A stretch of DNA of 64,000 nt. Source: Marsupella aquatica (taxonomy: Eukaryota > Plantae > Marchantiophyta). The notes beneath the pieces were generated by a model, which ran no database searches, had not been told where the DNA came from, and saw nothing but the letters and a program-made list of their open reading frames with translations. Positions 38,443-51,409 of the stretch are shown piece after piece (the first letter of the stretch is position 1; the number at the start of each line of letters is the position of its first letter). The stretch is from contig OZ316892.1 in assembly GCA_973895155.1 (NCBI GenBank), positions 16,420,357 to 16,484,356 on the forward strand, given 5' to 3'. Position numbers and translations under genes: made by a program.

Positions 38443-40222
38443 TGTCATCGATAGATTCATCTAGTGCATCCTTAAGAGATCCAGTGATCGCATTTTTCAA
38501 AACACTAGGCGAGGAAGAAGGATTCTTCAAATGCTCTTTCCGAATCTCTTTGACCGCTATCATCTCCAAACTTCTAGACCAGACCTTTCGACACGGATGG
38601 TTATGGACACCCATATGCACTGCAAGGCGTGACATATGCTGCGTTGTCGCTGAATCCAGGAGAACTTGTGGGTACATGTAAAACATTTTTGCAAAACAGG
38701 AGTCCAAACAGAACGGAAGTTGAAGACAATACCGACAAACAATCCCTCCTGAATCAATCAACTTTCCTGGACAATGTTGGCCTCCCAACTTGGGGGTCCC
38801 TTCCCAGGAGCTACAATTCCTACCATTTGTTCTAGTATAAAACTCGCATGATTTGTTTCGGCATTCAAGTGATCTGCTACAGCTGACTTTACCAAACTCC
38901 CACATCTTCTTCGGCAAAACATTCGCAGAAGTAGGACGAATTTGAGTCCATAGATAGCAATCCTTCAAACGGTCCATGTTAAGGAGACGCTTCCCCTTTG
39001 AACCCATACAATCGACAGGCGGAAGCTCAAATATGACATTGCCGTTGTAAGTTTTGGGAAGAAATTCTACTTGCTCGTGCTTGAAAGTCTGTGATCTTAC
39101 AAATCGAGATAGCTCACTTTGACCAATCGATTTCAGAAGGGCGTCTAACGCGCTCCTTCTATAAACTATAGGAAGAGAAGGAGATTTAAGAAGCTTGTCA
39201 CCTCCACTATCTTCCGTTGAGGTACTACATTGATGCATTGGAAATGGATTCTTTAACAAATAACATTCTTCACGCTTGATGTTCCTAAAGTCAATTGGCA
39301 ATTGAGAGACAGGGAAAGAGTCATCGCCATCAAACGTGAGGTCAATGACCTCTGTTGGTGCATCCCCCGTCTCTAGTTTCACTACTTTTCCTTGGAGGAA
39401 AAGCGTGTACTCGACACCGCAGTGCAGTTCCCACCATTTTTGACCAAAAATGTAAAAATAATTGACTACCTCCTCGACAGTTGTCCCTAAGCTTTCAATG
39501 TATTTCCTCCTAACATCAAACCTTCCCCAAAGATAATCTTCACTAACACGCTGATTACCATCTCCGTTAGTCATAGGAACGCTAATCACGTCTCCCATTT
39601 GAGGATATTTTACCCTAATAACCCGTGACATTCTGACAAAATGGCAAAATGGCAAGGGTGTTTCCAGCCTCGGTTTATTATTTCCCTCAAGTAAATCATC
39701 AAGAATGAAGAAACCACACACAAATGCACAAAATATTTAGATTTTTACCGTTCACTCAACGGATAAATTTGAGATAAATGGCGATAGATGACCGTTGAAA
39801 ACAAAATGTTTCCGTTAAGTTAATGGATATTTTCACAACGGAGAATAATAGCGCCAAGGGCTAGCAAAAACCCTACCAGATCGTCGTTCAAAAGCGTGAA
39901 TTTTATATATTTTATATTTTTTTCTTCCACCTTTTAATGGCAATTTAACAGTAAAACCCGCGAAACCCCACGGAAGGGAGGCCAAAACAGCCAGTACAAG
40001 AGATGCCAAGGGCCCAAAAAGCAAGAGTACCAGCAGCCTCACTCAACCGTGCCATAGTACATCAGGCAAAATTCTAATTCTGAGAATAAAAGAGCATTAT
40101 CCTATAGCCAGAGCGGAGATACCGGCAGGCATGCCCTAAGGTAACCCTAACTAGGGGCAGGCAGTAGTCTACTAGCAATAATGCAGGCGTGCTAAGAGGC
40201 AAGTAAGAAATGAGTGCTAATG

Positions 40223-43200
40223 CTATTGCCAGGTTACATAGGCATCCCTTCGGCCCATCCACCGCCGTCTCTCCAGTGCCACAGCATCCTTGGCCAGAAG
40301 CAGCCGCGAGTGCTTGTGGCTGGGGCCAAAGGACGCGCAAAGTCCCCGTATTTGGTCCTCCATTTCTGAAAGCACTAGATTCAGATTGAAGGATCTACTA
40401 GACCGGGGATTAAAAAGATGCTCATTCCTGGCGGTCCATAGAGCCCACAGAACCTGGTATACTACAAATGCTACCACAGTGTGTGTGAACCTGGGGCCTT
40501 TAAATTGGTCAATCAGTTGTAGGACTTCTACTGGAGGCCAAATTATACTGCCAGGGAAAGACTGCAGCACTAGATTCCAGCACCTATGTGCAAATTGACA
40601 TTTGAAGAAGAGATGCGGGATGGATTCCATTTCTGAGGGGCAGATCTGGCACAATCCGTCACTCTTCCCAATTCTCAGAGCCCGGGTACCGATGAACAGG
40701 CCTTGCGCCAAAATTCTCCAGACAAATGTGAAGGATTTCAATGGTAGGTCTGAGGTCCACATCGACAGCCATACTTTGTTCCATTCCAACTCCGAGAGTG
40801 CCGTTTGCCATATTCGGTTAAGCCTTGTGTAATCCGACCCTTTGGGTCGGAGTAGCTGGTAAGTTCGGGCATTTGGTAAAGTGAATTTCCTCAGTGTTTC
40901 AGGTTTATCCGACCACCTCCACTGCCCAGCTACGGCAAGCCCGTCAGTGTAGATGTCGTCCGCTGTCCCACTTTGCCCAAAAATTCTAGAGTCAAGAGTC
41001 TAGTTTCGTGGTCTAGACCTCTCACTCGATCCAGTTTGTTAGTGTACATGGCGATGGTAGCCGGAGAGGGCTCCCTTAGGTCTGCAATATCTTTGATTCC
41101 AATCCTGTCGTAGGTTCTGTTGATAGCACAAATTGTGTCCTCCCCGAGGTCCTGTATTCCTTCAATACAATGTATTACGTCTTCCACACGCCACCATGTG
41201 GCAACTGCAGTGTTTCTGGGTGAAAAAATGAGGTGTGTACGTAGCACCTCCCATGCTTGCCAAATACTGCCCGTGTAGCTCAGACCACTAAAATTCCTTA
41301 GGTAACAGAGCAGTAGCTTGTCTGTGAAGGAGTACTTGTTCCGTCGGATGGTTTTAGCATTGCGCCATTTGGCCAGACATAGGTTTGCGGCAAGCAATCT
41401 AGCCCAATCAGAGGAAGGCCAGTCAAGGGCCCTATTGAACCATTGGCAAAGCAAAGCATCGGAATGAGCTCGAAAGTCCTTCAGACCGATCCCGCCTTCT
41501 AGCTTAGGTCTTGAAAGCGTTTTCCAGGCTACAAGAGGAATCTTTCTGCCACCGTTAGCATTGTAACCCCAGAGAAGTCTCTGCAAAGCGCTACTAATTT
41601 GATAGCCAGACTATTCGAAGAGTGCAAAAACATCATATGGTAGATGGGAATAGCCTGCAGAACGTGTTTTACAAGTATAGTCCGGCCAGTGAAAGAGAGG
41701 AACCGATTAGCCCAAGATGAGAGTCTGTTACCAATCTTGTCTAGGCAGAAGGTGTGCAGTTGTGCATCATTCAGACCCCACCCCATCGGCGCTCCAAGAT
41801 ATCTTTGGACCTCTCCCCGTTTGCTGATTTTGCACCCCGTGCTAATTAACCACCCAGGAGGGTTTTCCAAAGCCAACGGGATGATAGTAGACTTGAGGAG
41901 GTTCAACTTAGCTCCTGAAGCCAGTTCGTAGCACAAAATCGCCTCCATTACTCCTTTGAAGTCTTCCTCGGATGCAGGAATGAATAGACCCACGTCATCA
42001 GCAAAGAGCTTGTAGCTGATAATTAGATTTTCAGATATCTACACCCCCTTGAATTTCCCGGTCGACATTGCAGTGTCAAGATGGTCCATCAAAGGCTGAG
42101 TAGCAATAACAAAAAGCAAAGGAGAGAGCGGGCAGCCCTGGCATACTCCTCTCCGCATCAGAATATCCTTAGAAAAGCACCCATTTACGTGAATTTGAGA
42201 ACTGGCATTGCTTATGAGTGATCTGACAAGACTAATGAAGTGGGGTCCCAAGCCAAGTATGTGCATGGTCTCCCAGATGTGCGAGTGAGAGACACGATCG
42301 AAGGCTTTCTCGAAATCTAGTTGCAAGAATAGCGACTCCTATTTTTGATGGGTGACCCAGTCCACATTCAACCACGCAACAGAGATGTTCTCTAGTATGT
42401 GTCGGCCAGGGATAAATCCCGTTTGCTGTGGGCTAATGAGCTTCCGCAGAAGTGGTTTAAGCCGTAGCGCAAGGATTTTTGCAATCAACTTGTAGACAGT
42501 ATTGAGCATTGTGAGCGGTCTCCAGTCTTTGAGACGGCGTTTGTCTGGTTTCTTGGGAATAAGCTTGATGATTCCTTCCTTGATGTGCGAAGTGAGAGCC
42601 CCTATACGCCAAAATTCAAGGATCATGTTGAGCATATCCTCCTTCACAAAATCCCAGCAGTGGCGAAACACCTCCGCCGTCAGTCCATCCAGCCCGGGGG
42701 CTTTGTCGAGCGGTAGAAGCCATAGAGTGGCTCAAATTTCTTCTAAATTTGGGGGCTTTTCTAGCCGGTGGATCTCGTCGGCCGATAGGGCTTTATGGGT
42801 ATTCATAAGGAGAACACGTCTGGCCTCCCTAACTACCAAAGAGTTGCAACGTGCAACCTCTTCATCCGCTTCGTAGAGATCTGCAAAAGTCTGTTCTACC
42901 TCTTCCAGTATCCTAGCGGCTTGTGTTATCACTGTCCCGTCCTCCAAGAGCAATGAATCCATGGTTTCTCGGTTCCTTTTTGCTTTAATGCTGGCAAAAT
43001 AGAACTTAGATGGCTCGTCCCCTTGCCCCAACCATCGTAGTCTTGAGAGCCTCCTGCCGTGTTCAGCCTCTTCGTGCTTGGCCTTCCGCATTGCTTCCTC
43101 CGCCGTTGCATAGTCTCTAAGATCTGAGTCTGAATAGTCACTAATTATTGCCAGCTTCAGAGCCCGAAGATTGTCTCTTAAGACTTGAATTTCTGCCTCC

Positions 43201-44144
43201 TTTGCTAATGCAGAGCCTTGTAGTTCCGCGAAGCGGTGTCTGAGTCGAGCTGTGGCTGAGTGGAAATGAAGAGATGGGTTGTCAATCCGCACTCCGTCAT
43301 CCCAGGCGATCTTGAGTTCCCCCACGAAGTCCGCGTCCTTCAGTAGACCTGAATTTGCTTTGAAGTAAGATGCTTTTGGCTTGTTCGTTGCAGGATTTGT
43401 AGTAGCCAGTTTGAATTGTATTAGAATGGGGTCGTGGTCCGACAGTGCCAAGCCTCCGTCATGGATCAGTTGCTCGACCAAACCCGCCCACCAACTTTTG
43501 CCGCTGAAGTAGAATCTATCTAGACGAGATTGTACCAGCTTGCCGTTAATTGTCCTACGCCATGTGAATTGAGACCCCTGAAAATCAGATGCCAGGGAGA
43601 GCGCGTCTTCAAGATCAAAACGAGTTTTGAAGAATCTCCAGAATTCAGCCTCCCATCCATGTATTAATGGGGACGATCCAGTCGAATCTCTCCTGGCTTC
43701 GGTCATGTTGAAATCGCCGCATACGACCCAGTTCTCTCGTGGCAAGAAGGACTTGAGTTCGTTCCATAGTACAGCGCGCTCTCTAGGGAGGTTAGGCGCA
43801 TAGATGTTGACCACCCCGAACCTTCCGACCGTGCTTTCTAGTCTAGCCCAGACCGCACGTCCCTTATCGACCACTCCATGATCAATGATTTGGAGCGAAG
43901 GATGAATAAGTAAAGTTGTCCCTCCCTTGCCCTCGTCAGGTGCCGAGGCTAAGTGCGTAAAGGAAGGTAGAATAGTTTTCATTGCCAAATCTAGTCTGAA
44001 TTTATCGGCCTTGACTTCTTGTAAGCCAAGAATCGAGATGGGTCAATTTAGAGAGGATATCCAATTTTTAACTGTATGCTTCTTGTTTGTCTCACACAGA
44101 CCGCACACGTTCCAGGATGCAATGGTTAGAAGCAACTCGCACAT
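40223..44144 (-). pseudogene. L1 ORF2 (endonuclease, RT, CCHC)
   Basis: IASWNVCGL, SRLDRFY, LSDHDPI, WRPLTMLN, LDFEKAFDRV, QGCPLSP, LFADD, CQIC..ESIPHLFFKC. Several stops and a frameshift. Confidence 0.95.
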
Positions 44145-44387
44145 TTTGCCCGAGTACTTCTAAACCCCTTCGTCCGCCGCCAGTAGACCTTACATCAGGG
44201 GGTAACCCCGGGCGCCAAGAGATGATCGTGGTGCAGATGCTTCCGCCAAATAGACCGGTCTACTGCCCTCCTCGCCATCGTTCTCGGTGTAGAAAAGGAC
44301 TAAAGCCATCCCAGTTGTTTCAGGTGGCAAAGGGCTTTCGAGAGGTGATGTTCCTCCAGTCTGAGCTGCTCCAGGGAATTGTAGCGC

Positions 44388-46607
44388 TCATACTTTTTTG
44401 TGCTCTTGCTTCTTTTCCTTTCTTTTCAAATCTGAAGGCGGCGTCCTTAGTTCTAGTTTGCGGGCTCTCTCCTTCTTGAGTTGACTCTTTGATATGTATG
44501 CTTCGTAGTCAGACATTTCTATGTCTGATCCGCCCGGAAAAGAGATAGCCTCATCCTCTCCATCCTCCCTGTATGCATCTTCTGGTTCTTCATCCGCGAA
44601 GGCCGCATTTAATCTGGAGTGTCCAGGAGAAAAACCGGGTGTTTGATGACGAGGTATTGCGCTCCGTTGTTGGTCAACCTCCGGTGTCCGATTCCGCCCT
44701 CCCTTAGAGCCCAGTGACGGCCAGCTATCCGTGTTGAGAAGACCCATCGCCGTGCCCTTGTCCGCTTGTGAGTCCGGTATCGTAGGTAGCCCAGTCTTGG
44801 CCGGATTTGATCTGACCTGCATCACCTCAGGTCGTATTAGTGGAAGCGATTTGGCGGATGAGACAGACCGCAGAGCTGGCTCAGAGTCCTTTAAGGCCGC
44901 CACCAAAGGTGAGGAAGGGTGCGTTGAATAAGCACTAATATTAGCCCCTTGCTGGTCGGCCGTCAGTCCGAGCTGCTCCAAAGGCGCAGCCAAAGCATGG
45001 TTGTCTGCGCGAACGCCGTGCCCATGCATTGGGTAAGAATATCTACCCGAGGAGAGTCCCGTTGAGTGAGTCGTTGCATGCCTGGTGTACGCCGGTAAAG
45101 TAGGCTCCTCACGATCAGTGCCCACAACAGTAGCATACCTCCCATCGAGATCTGAAACGAGGTTCGCACCTTGCACCACATTCCCATTAGCACTAGTATT
45201 GGCAGCAGTTGCACCTGCGCTGACGTCCTGTGTTTTAGGCTCCGTATCCTTCTTTGGTTTCTCCTCACCTGCTTTGCATTCTCGTGCAAGATGGCCTTTC
45301 AGGTTGCATCTAAAGGAATGGTAAGGGATGTTTTTGAAGACTACTGGTTGCCATATTGTGATTCCCTCCTGAATGTCAATAGCAACGCACTGCGACACCT
45401 CCCTACTTGTGTCCCATAGAATGCATGCCCAATCATGCGGGTACGAACTCCTTTTGTCTCCTTGAAGATAGTAAAGGACTCTGCCAAATGATTCCGCGAT
45501 CAGCTTCCTGCAGCCTTCCAGCACTAATGCTCTGAAGGGTATCTCAATCCATACTGGAAGTTTTGTGTAAGTCTCACTTCTAAAATCAAATGAAGGATCC
45601 CACAGAAAGGTAAATACGAATTTTCGGTCCATGAAGAATGGTGCTAGTCGGAGTGCGGCCTCTCTGTGCTCCGGATGTGCGAATGTGATCATATAAAAGT
45701 TTTTCCCAACAAACTTGATCTGCTCTACTGGCCAGTCCATATCACGGATGAAAATTCCCTCTACCCATTCATGAAATACTGGGAGAAGTGGTGTGCGATC
45801 CGTGAAAAAGCACATCATAGTGCAGTCGTATAGCTGTTGTACCGACAGTGCTGCCTCTGCCACCGACCATTTGATCCTGGTATGCAGTGTGTTGGGCCAG
45901 TCTTCCGTAGAGTTGAGAGCAATGGTCCTCAATATTTCCAGACAAGTGTTAGATATCTCTTCTTGTTCTTCCTCTAGAACCGGGGAACGATCACGGTCAG
46001 AGAATGGTAAATTTCCTTCCGACATCCTGTTGTCTGCATTCTGATAATCCATTTCATCATGATGATGGTGGTGAGAGTTGCTTGTATACTCCGTCCTGAG
46101 GGCAGGTATCCCACCTCTACAAAGCTCCCCAACCTGACCCATGTTATTACTAGTCCTGCGAGGAGAGTAGAGTGGCACCATCGGACGCTCAGTCCATTGC
46201 CGCTCTTGCAATGCAGCCCTGTCCTGGAGTTCTTCTTTGTTACTACGTTCCATTGGTGCCATTTCCACCTGATCTGTCCATGAAGGTCCAAGCCGCGTGT
46301 TGGACCTAGCATTACTTCTTCCCGGATCCTCATAAACCTTGCTTCTACGCGAATCGGGGTTTTTGAAAAGATCAAAGGGAGCCGTCAAGGGTCCCCTTCA
46401 CGCATCCTACATAGAAAATCTGCTGGGTTTGGGATCATTCATTCTGTATCTGCTTGATTCTCCGCAAGTGCTATATTCTTCTCTTCTATGTGCTGCCTCA
46501 CCGTAGCTGCGACCCCATCCTCTTCCTCCTGTAGTGCCAAAGATCCGGCCACCGCTGCGTCCAGTGTTTGCTGTAGAAAATCTACCAACCGGGTGCGTAG
46601 AGCTCAT
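44388..46607 (-). pseudogene. L1 ORF1
   Basis: 666-codon ORF 44388-46388 with APFFMDRKFVFTFLWDPSF...LPVWIEIP and FRCNLKGHLAREC. Same-frame upstream piece 46407-46607. Confidence 0.88.
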
Positions 46608-47765
46608 CGTGCGTATACCTAAAGGTCCTTTAGTTCCGCTGAAGTATCCAAATACCTCTGTGACACTACGGTGGTAGTGCCAAAGGTCGTAGCACTCAGT
46701 CTGCGAAAGAAACCCGGTGTTAGTTTCCTCACTTCTCCAAGTCTACAAACATTCATAATCTCCCCCGACGAGAGCCAGCCACCGGATGTCAAAGTCTCCG
46801 AGCTACACCTATTTTTGGTTGCAAGTTCGTGTTCAGCCTGTCACAAGGTTTTCCGAGTGTCCTATCGACCAGCGTTGCGATCCCTGGTTCACAGTTGTAA
46901 CCGGATCAATCCTGTCTAGAAGAGGTTCGTAAGACTCCAATGATGTCGCCCTTCCTGATGTACTCCTTAGAGAATCGATGCCTTCCTTGAATCTGATTCA
47001 GCCATAGATCGTAACCACGAAGCCTCAAGCTCGCTCCGCTCTTGTAGCTCTCTCAGCTCTCAGTCAGTCCTCCAAGAGTTCCAATGTCAAAAGTGTGAAA
47101 TTTTAAATCAGAATTCTGGAAAATATGACTTTATTTGATACTCTACATTGATAGCGCTATTATTGCGGAAAACAAAAATACAAAAGATTCTACAACAATC
47201 AATAATAGCGCCTGGTGCTATTATAGAAACTCAGCGGATTGCTTGTATTTTAGGGTCGAATCACCAGAAAATATGTATACTTTTTGGTCTAGAAGGAGTG
47301 ATGTTTATGATAGCGTTGGGCGCTATTAATGTTTATCCTCCGAGTTGTATGTCCAACGGATATTTGTAACAGTAACTTTATGCCTGTGTGACCATTTTTA
47401 CCTCTTGAATGAATGTTAATTACAAGATTCTTTGTTAGATTTGAGTAACCACGTCAGTACTATATGCCAACTGTCCCTTTCTCTTTGGTTCGATTGCTCG
47501 ATTACCTTGTATTTTTCATCATGGAACATTCATATTTAAGTCAACTGTCGGTCTTTTTTGGATCTTTTTCTTGTCAAAGGTCAATTTGACAGATCTAATC
47601 TTGTTGTGTGATTTGCTATCGTGTCATTCTGTTGCGGGAAAACGGTCTATATATTGGCTATTTTGGACGTGGGTCGTATCTATCCGGTTGCAGTAGAACG
47701 TTGCAGACCTTCGTGAGTGGCTGAGAACTCTCCAAATTTTAGGGCCAAAGACTCTATATCCAGAT

Positions 47766-50700
47766 ATGGACAACACTTCCCTAGGTAATTCTCAAACATC
47801 AGAGATATCTTTTGCTGGTTCTGTTTACACACGATGCGTTACTCGCTCGACTGCATCGCATTCACTTTGGAACTCTGCGCAGACTTTCCCAACGCAGAGA
47901 CAAGTGATTTCATCATGGAGGACGGGTGTGAAGGGTCACTAGCGATGGGAGATGTGATTGCCAAACATGCAATGTCATTCGTCATTGATTTCAGAGGAGA
48001 GCCCAAGGACCCTCCGCGTATACCGCTTTGTCGCCTGGTCAATATGGAAGTTGTTCGGACTCTCCAGAAGGAAAGCGCTTCAATCGAGAAGCTTAAAGAA
48101 TCATTTCATAGTTCCGGTTACAACTCCTCCATTGGGATGCGATTCTACGTGCAACCCGCTAATTCTGAAGGCATCATCCAATTTTGTACCCCCAAAATCC
48201 ATGAGAGTTGGGATGCTGTCTGGACTGTCCAGAATGAGAAATTTGAAGCGGACTGTGAAGCAGATCCAGATTTCCTTGTCTTAAAAGATAAGATGTTTTG
48301 TGTGTTCGACGGGAATCATCGTCTGTATTCCTGGTCTCAGGTAACAAAAGAGAACCCCAAAAATGTCAAGTACCACCCTCGTGTGCTATGCACTGTGTTC
48401 AAGGGAGATTGAGGTTCTCTTATTGAGATTGAAGCCGCCATGCACATTGTCAATCAGTAAGTTTGGTCATTTTCTTTGATTTGGACAAATTTCCAATTGT
48501 GAGATTTTGGTTAGCGTCTGGCGCTAATGAATTATGGTTGTATACAGATTGGGGCAAGCCGTTGTAGAACCGTCGTGGATCCTCGATGCTGACATAATTA
48601 GTCATATTCTGTCCCATGACCTTGATTATTACAAGACAATAATTGATGCCGGAAACTTCAAACGCTTTGAGGCAATTTGCGCAAAGACAAGGAAAGGCTC
48701 TTGGTATACGAAGAAGATGCCTTTGGAGGCCCTTGTATACATCTTGTGTGAGAACAAGATCAAGTCACACTCTGTGCAATTCAAACTGGACATGGCGACT
48801 GCAAACACTCAAGGGAGGCAGTGGTCAAAGGAGGAGGTCACCAAGCGTCATGCGGCAATGATGAAGGAGGCCACAAAAGAATGGAGCGTGAAGACCTCAA
48901 AGATCACTCCACTCCTTAGCCCCGAATTCAAAGATTTTTTGTCAACATGTTCGGAAATGTACACGCTGACAGAGAAAAACAAGCGAGAACGGAAAGCAGA
49001 CGCTATGGTTTGCACGATGGATCGTGCTTGTCTCTTTACTGCCGTCTCAGCTTTGGACCCAAAGTTGCATTCCACTCTTCTTGTGGCGCATTGCACGCCC
49101 AAACTTTGCAAGCAATTTTTCCATCCGCCGAGTGTGAACGACGAACCTGTTAAACAATGGTGTCACACTTGGCACATGTGGAGTTGGATTGAAGGAATTT
49201 CAATGGGGATGTTGTAGACTGCTCTCAGACAAGTTCAATCTGTCATGCCTCCGGAATGACTTGTCACAGGAGGTGTAGAAACTTTTGATGCTTTAGTGCA
49301 GACGATTTGCAATGATTTCAAAAGTTACGGAGATACAGTCAAGGCAAAGTTTTTTAACACAATGTGGGCGTCAAAGTATGGGGAGAAAGAAGATTTTTCT
49401 TCCCAAAACCAAAAGCGGGCAAAGAGAAACCTTTATCGGTTCTTCTTGTCCATGGAGAGCAATTCTCCTGAATATTTCTGGGCTTATCCTCCTATGTTCC
49501 AAAGGTGGTCGGTCATGGATGGGGATGATTTCAGTGAGGTTTACTCGATGTATCCTGCAGAAGGAGCCAATCCTCCACGTGACATTTCCGTTTGGGAGCG
49601 AACAAATTGTCCCTGGTACCTCGATACTGATAAGTGGGATACACCTTTTGATGAATTTGAGAAAGATGCCTTTTTGAAATTGTCCAAATCTTTAGTTCCT
49701 CGGAAATGGTTGTCTGAGATGAAGGAAGGATTGGTGGGAGACGTTGAAGCTTTTGCAGTGGAGCTTCAAAAAATATGTGAGACTGAAGTCTTACATGTTG
49801 ACAGGAGCCGAAAACCTCGCGCAAAAGTAAAAGTTGATACAGGATTGAATAGCCCGTCCATGAGATCCGGAAGAAAACGTAAGTTATATGACTTTTTGCA
49901 GTTCTTCTTGATATTTTCCTCTGAAATTCACTTAGTTGTTTGCATTGATTTTGGTTAGCACCAAGAGCTACTTTTAACTATTAAATGTATACTCATAAAC
50001 GAGAATTTAGAAAGTAAATGTTTGTCTAGCGCCGGGCGCTATTATAGTTTTCCCAGTGTTCTTACCTTTTCAATTCTCTGCAGGGGGAAGGAAATCAGAG
50101 GGAGAAGAAACTCAAGATGCAAAGACGACCATTACCCCTGATCAATCTGAAGCAAGTACTGAGGCTGTCGATGCTACCCAAGAGCAGACTCCTCCTACAA
50201 ATACCAACGTTGATCGCCTGGTTGATGCCACAAGCACCAGAAAAAAGAAGAAGAAAAATCTTGATCTCGCTTCTTCTTCTAGAGAATCGTATGCATGTAC
50301 AGGCATCCAACAAGAAGTTGGTCAATTCAAGTCTAAAGTTTTTCGTCATATGTTTGTTGAGTCCAGTCTAATGGACTTTTTTGAATCTGTTTTTACAAAA
50401 GAGACTAAACCCAAGTGGGTGACGAATGTCGAGAAGTGGGGAAAAGACTTAGTGACACTTGGGCTCCGGGAGAAAGGGGTAGTTAGGGGAGGCAAGTTGA
50501 GATCTTTTGGGGTGGATGCGGGTTTTGTCTACCTACCGACAAGTCTACGACCTTCTTTGCTTCACCAAAAATTGCCAAAGTGGAATGTACCGGATCACCG
50601 AATGGTTGGCTCTTTCTTTAGGGCAATGGACCCATTTCTTGCCGACGATGGGTTGTTAGCAGTTTTGCACACTGGGGAGTATGACCAGATCTCCCAAGTA

Positions 50701-51409
50701 ATTTCGGCCAGCCAAGACTCCCAGAAGTTCCAGTGCCTCAGAACACTCAACGTTGTTATGGGTGCCCCAATGTACATGGCCAAAAGCGATTGTCAGGTAA
50801 TTGTCCCTTTGAATCAAGAGAATCATTTGCTAGCGCTTGGCGCAATTAATAGATCTCATTTCATATTTGATGTTCACATGTAAATGTCCTCCTGTACCCA
50901 GGGTCTTTTGGGTAGCGTCAGGCGCTATTAATATATATGACCAAATCTCATATTGAATACTGTTTATTTTCCACGTTTTCACCTTAAGACTTGATATCTT
51001 TAGTTGAGTTACATGAAGGTTAGGGTCGGTCCCCAAAAATTCAAAGTTCAAGCCTTTGTCTTCAACCGAGGACCCTTCAATCACAAACCTCATTGGACTG
51101 CAGACTTTGAAGAAGGATCCTATTCTAGAAGCTGCATTTGCAGGGAATGCACGACTATCGGTCGGCTTCATGCAGTCTGTCCTAGAGTTAATTTCTCATC
51201 CGTGAGATATTATTATGGACTGGACGGTTGGGTCAGGAAGTACATTTGTGGCTCGGGATTTTTTTGGCCGTTTCATCCTTGGGATTGAGAATCGCAAGGA
51301 ATTTGTTTCTATTGCTGAGAGGACATACACTGACTTGCTCCTCCCAAAAGAATCGAGTGAGGCTGGTTCGAGCAAAGACATGGAGAAAAAAGTGAAAGAT
51401 AAAGTTTGA
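47766..51409 (+). pseudogene. ParB/Srx-like + beta-class N4C/N6A DNA-methyltransferase-like fusion gene (4 exons; stops and frameshifts)
   Basis: Exon 1 has MFCVFDGNHRLYSW. GT-AG introns 48457-48547 (phase 2) and 49879-50083 (phase 1) restore the frame; a third, 50797-51003, is followed by a frameshift. C-terminus: GVDAGFVYLPT...FFRAMDPFLADDG...SVGFMQSVLELISHP*DIIMDWTVGSGSTFVARDFFGRFILGIE. Confidence 0.75.

Larger units (their letters stand above)
33753..39631 (-). pseudogene. Mutator-like DDE transposase with N-terminal WRKY/GCM1-like zinc finger, interrupted by 35666-38442; 3' end approximate
   Basis: Start MSRVIRV at 39631. C/H pattern CSRSLEC..KSC...CRYC...C...HMGVHNHP. Core SFDVMKR...FMADNAQSGW.AV...DAFHFYQSL. 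After phase-0 intron 34620-34823 comes PNCTGFEAVH (putative catalytic E). Confidence 0.8.
39901..47086 (-). mobile_element. Apparently full-length (~7.2 kb) decayed L1 LINE in the spacer between the MULE genes
   Basis: TSD TCAAAAG(C/T)GTGAA at 39888-39900 and 47087-47099. Degenerate poly(A) read as a T-tract at 39901-39922. 5' UTR, ORF1 and ORF2 present. Confidence 0.93.

Noticed and set aside
38327-39721. 464-aa ORF as a complete protein
   Set aside because: Its last ~38 codons read into the inserted family A end; the true frame resumes near 35660. The likely start is 39631.
47766-51409. Bacterial or prophage contamination (ParB + methyltransferase)
   Set aside because: Frame-restoring GT-AG introns, nested plant retroelements and linkage to a MULE transposase.
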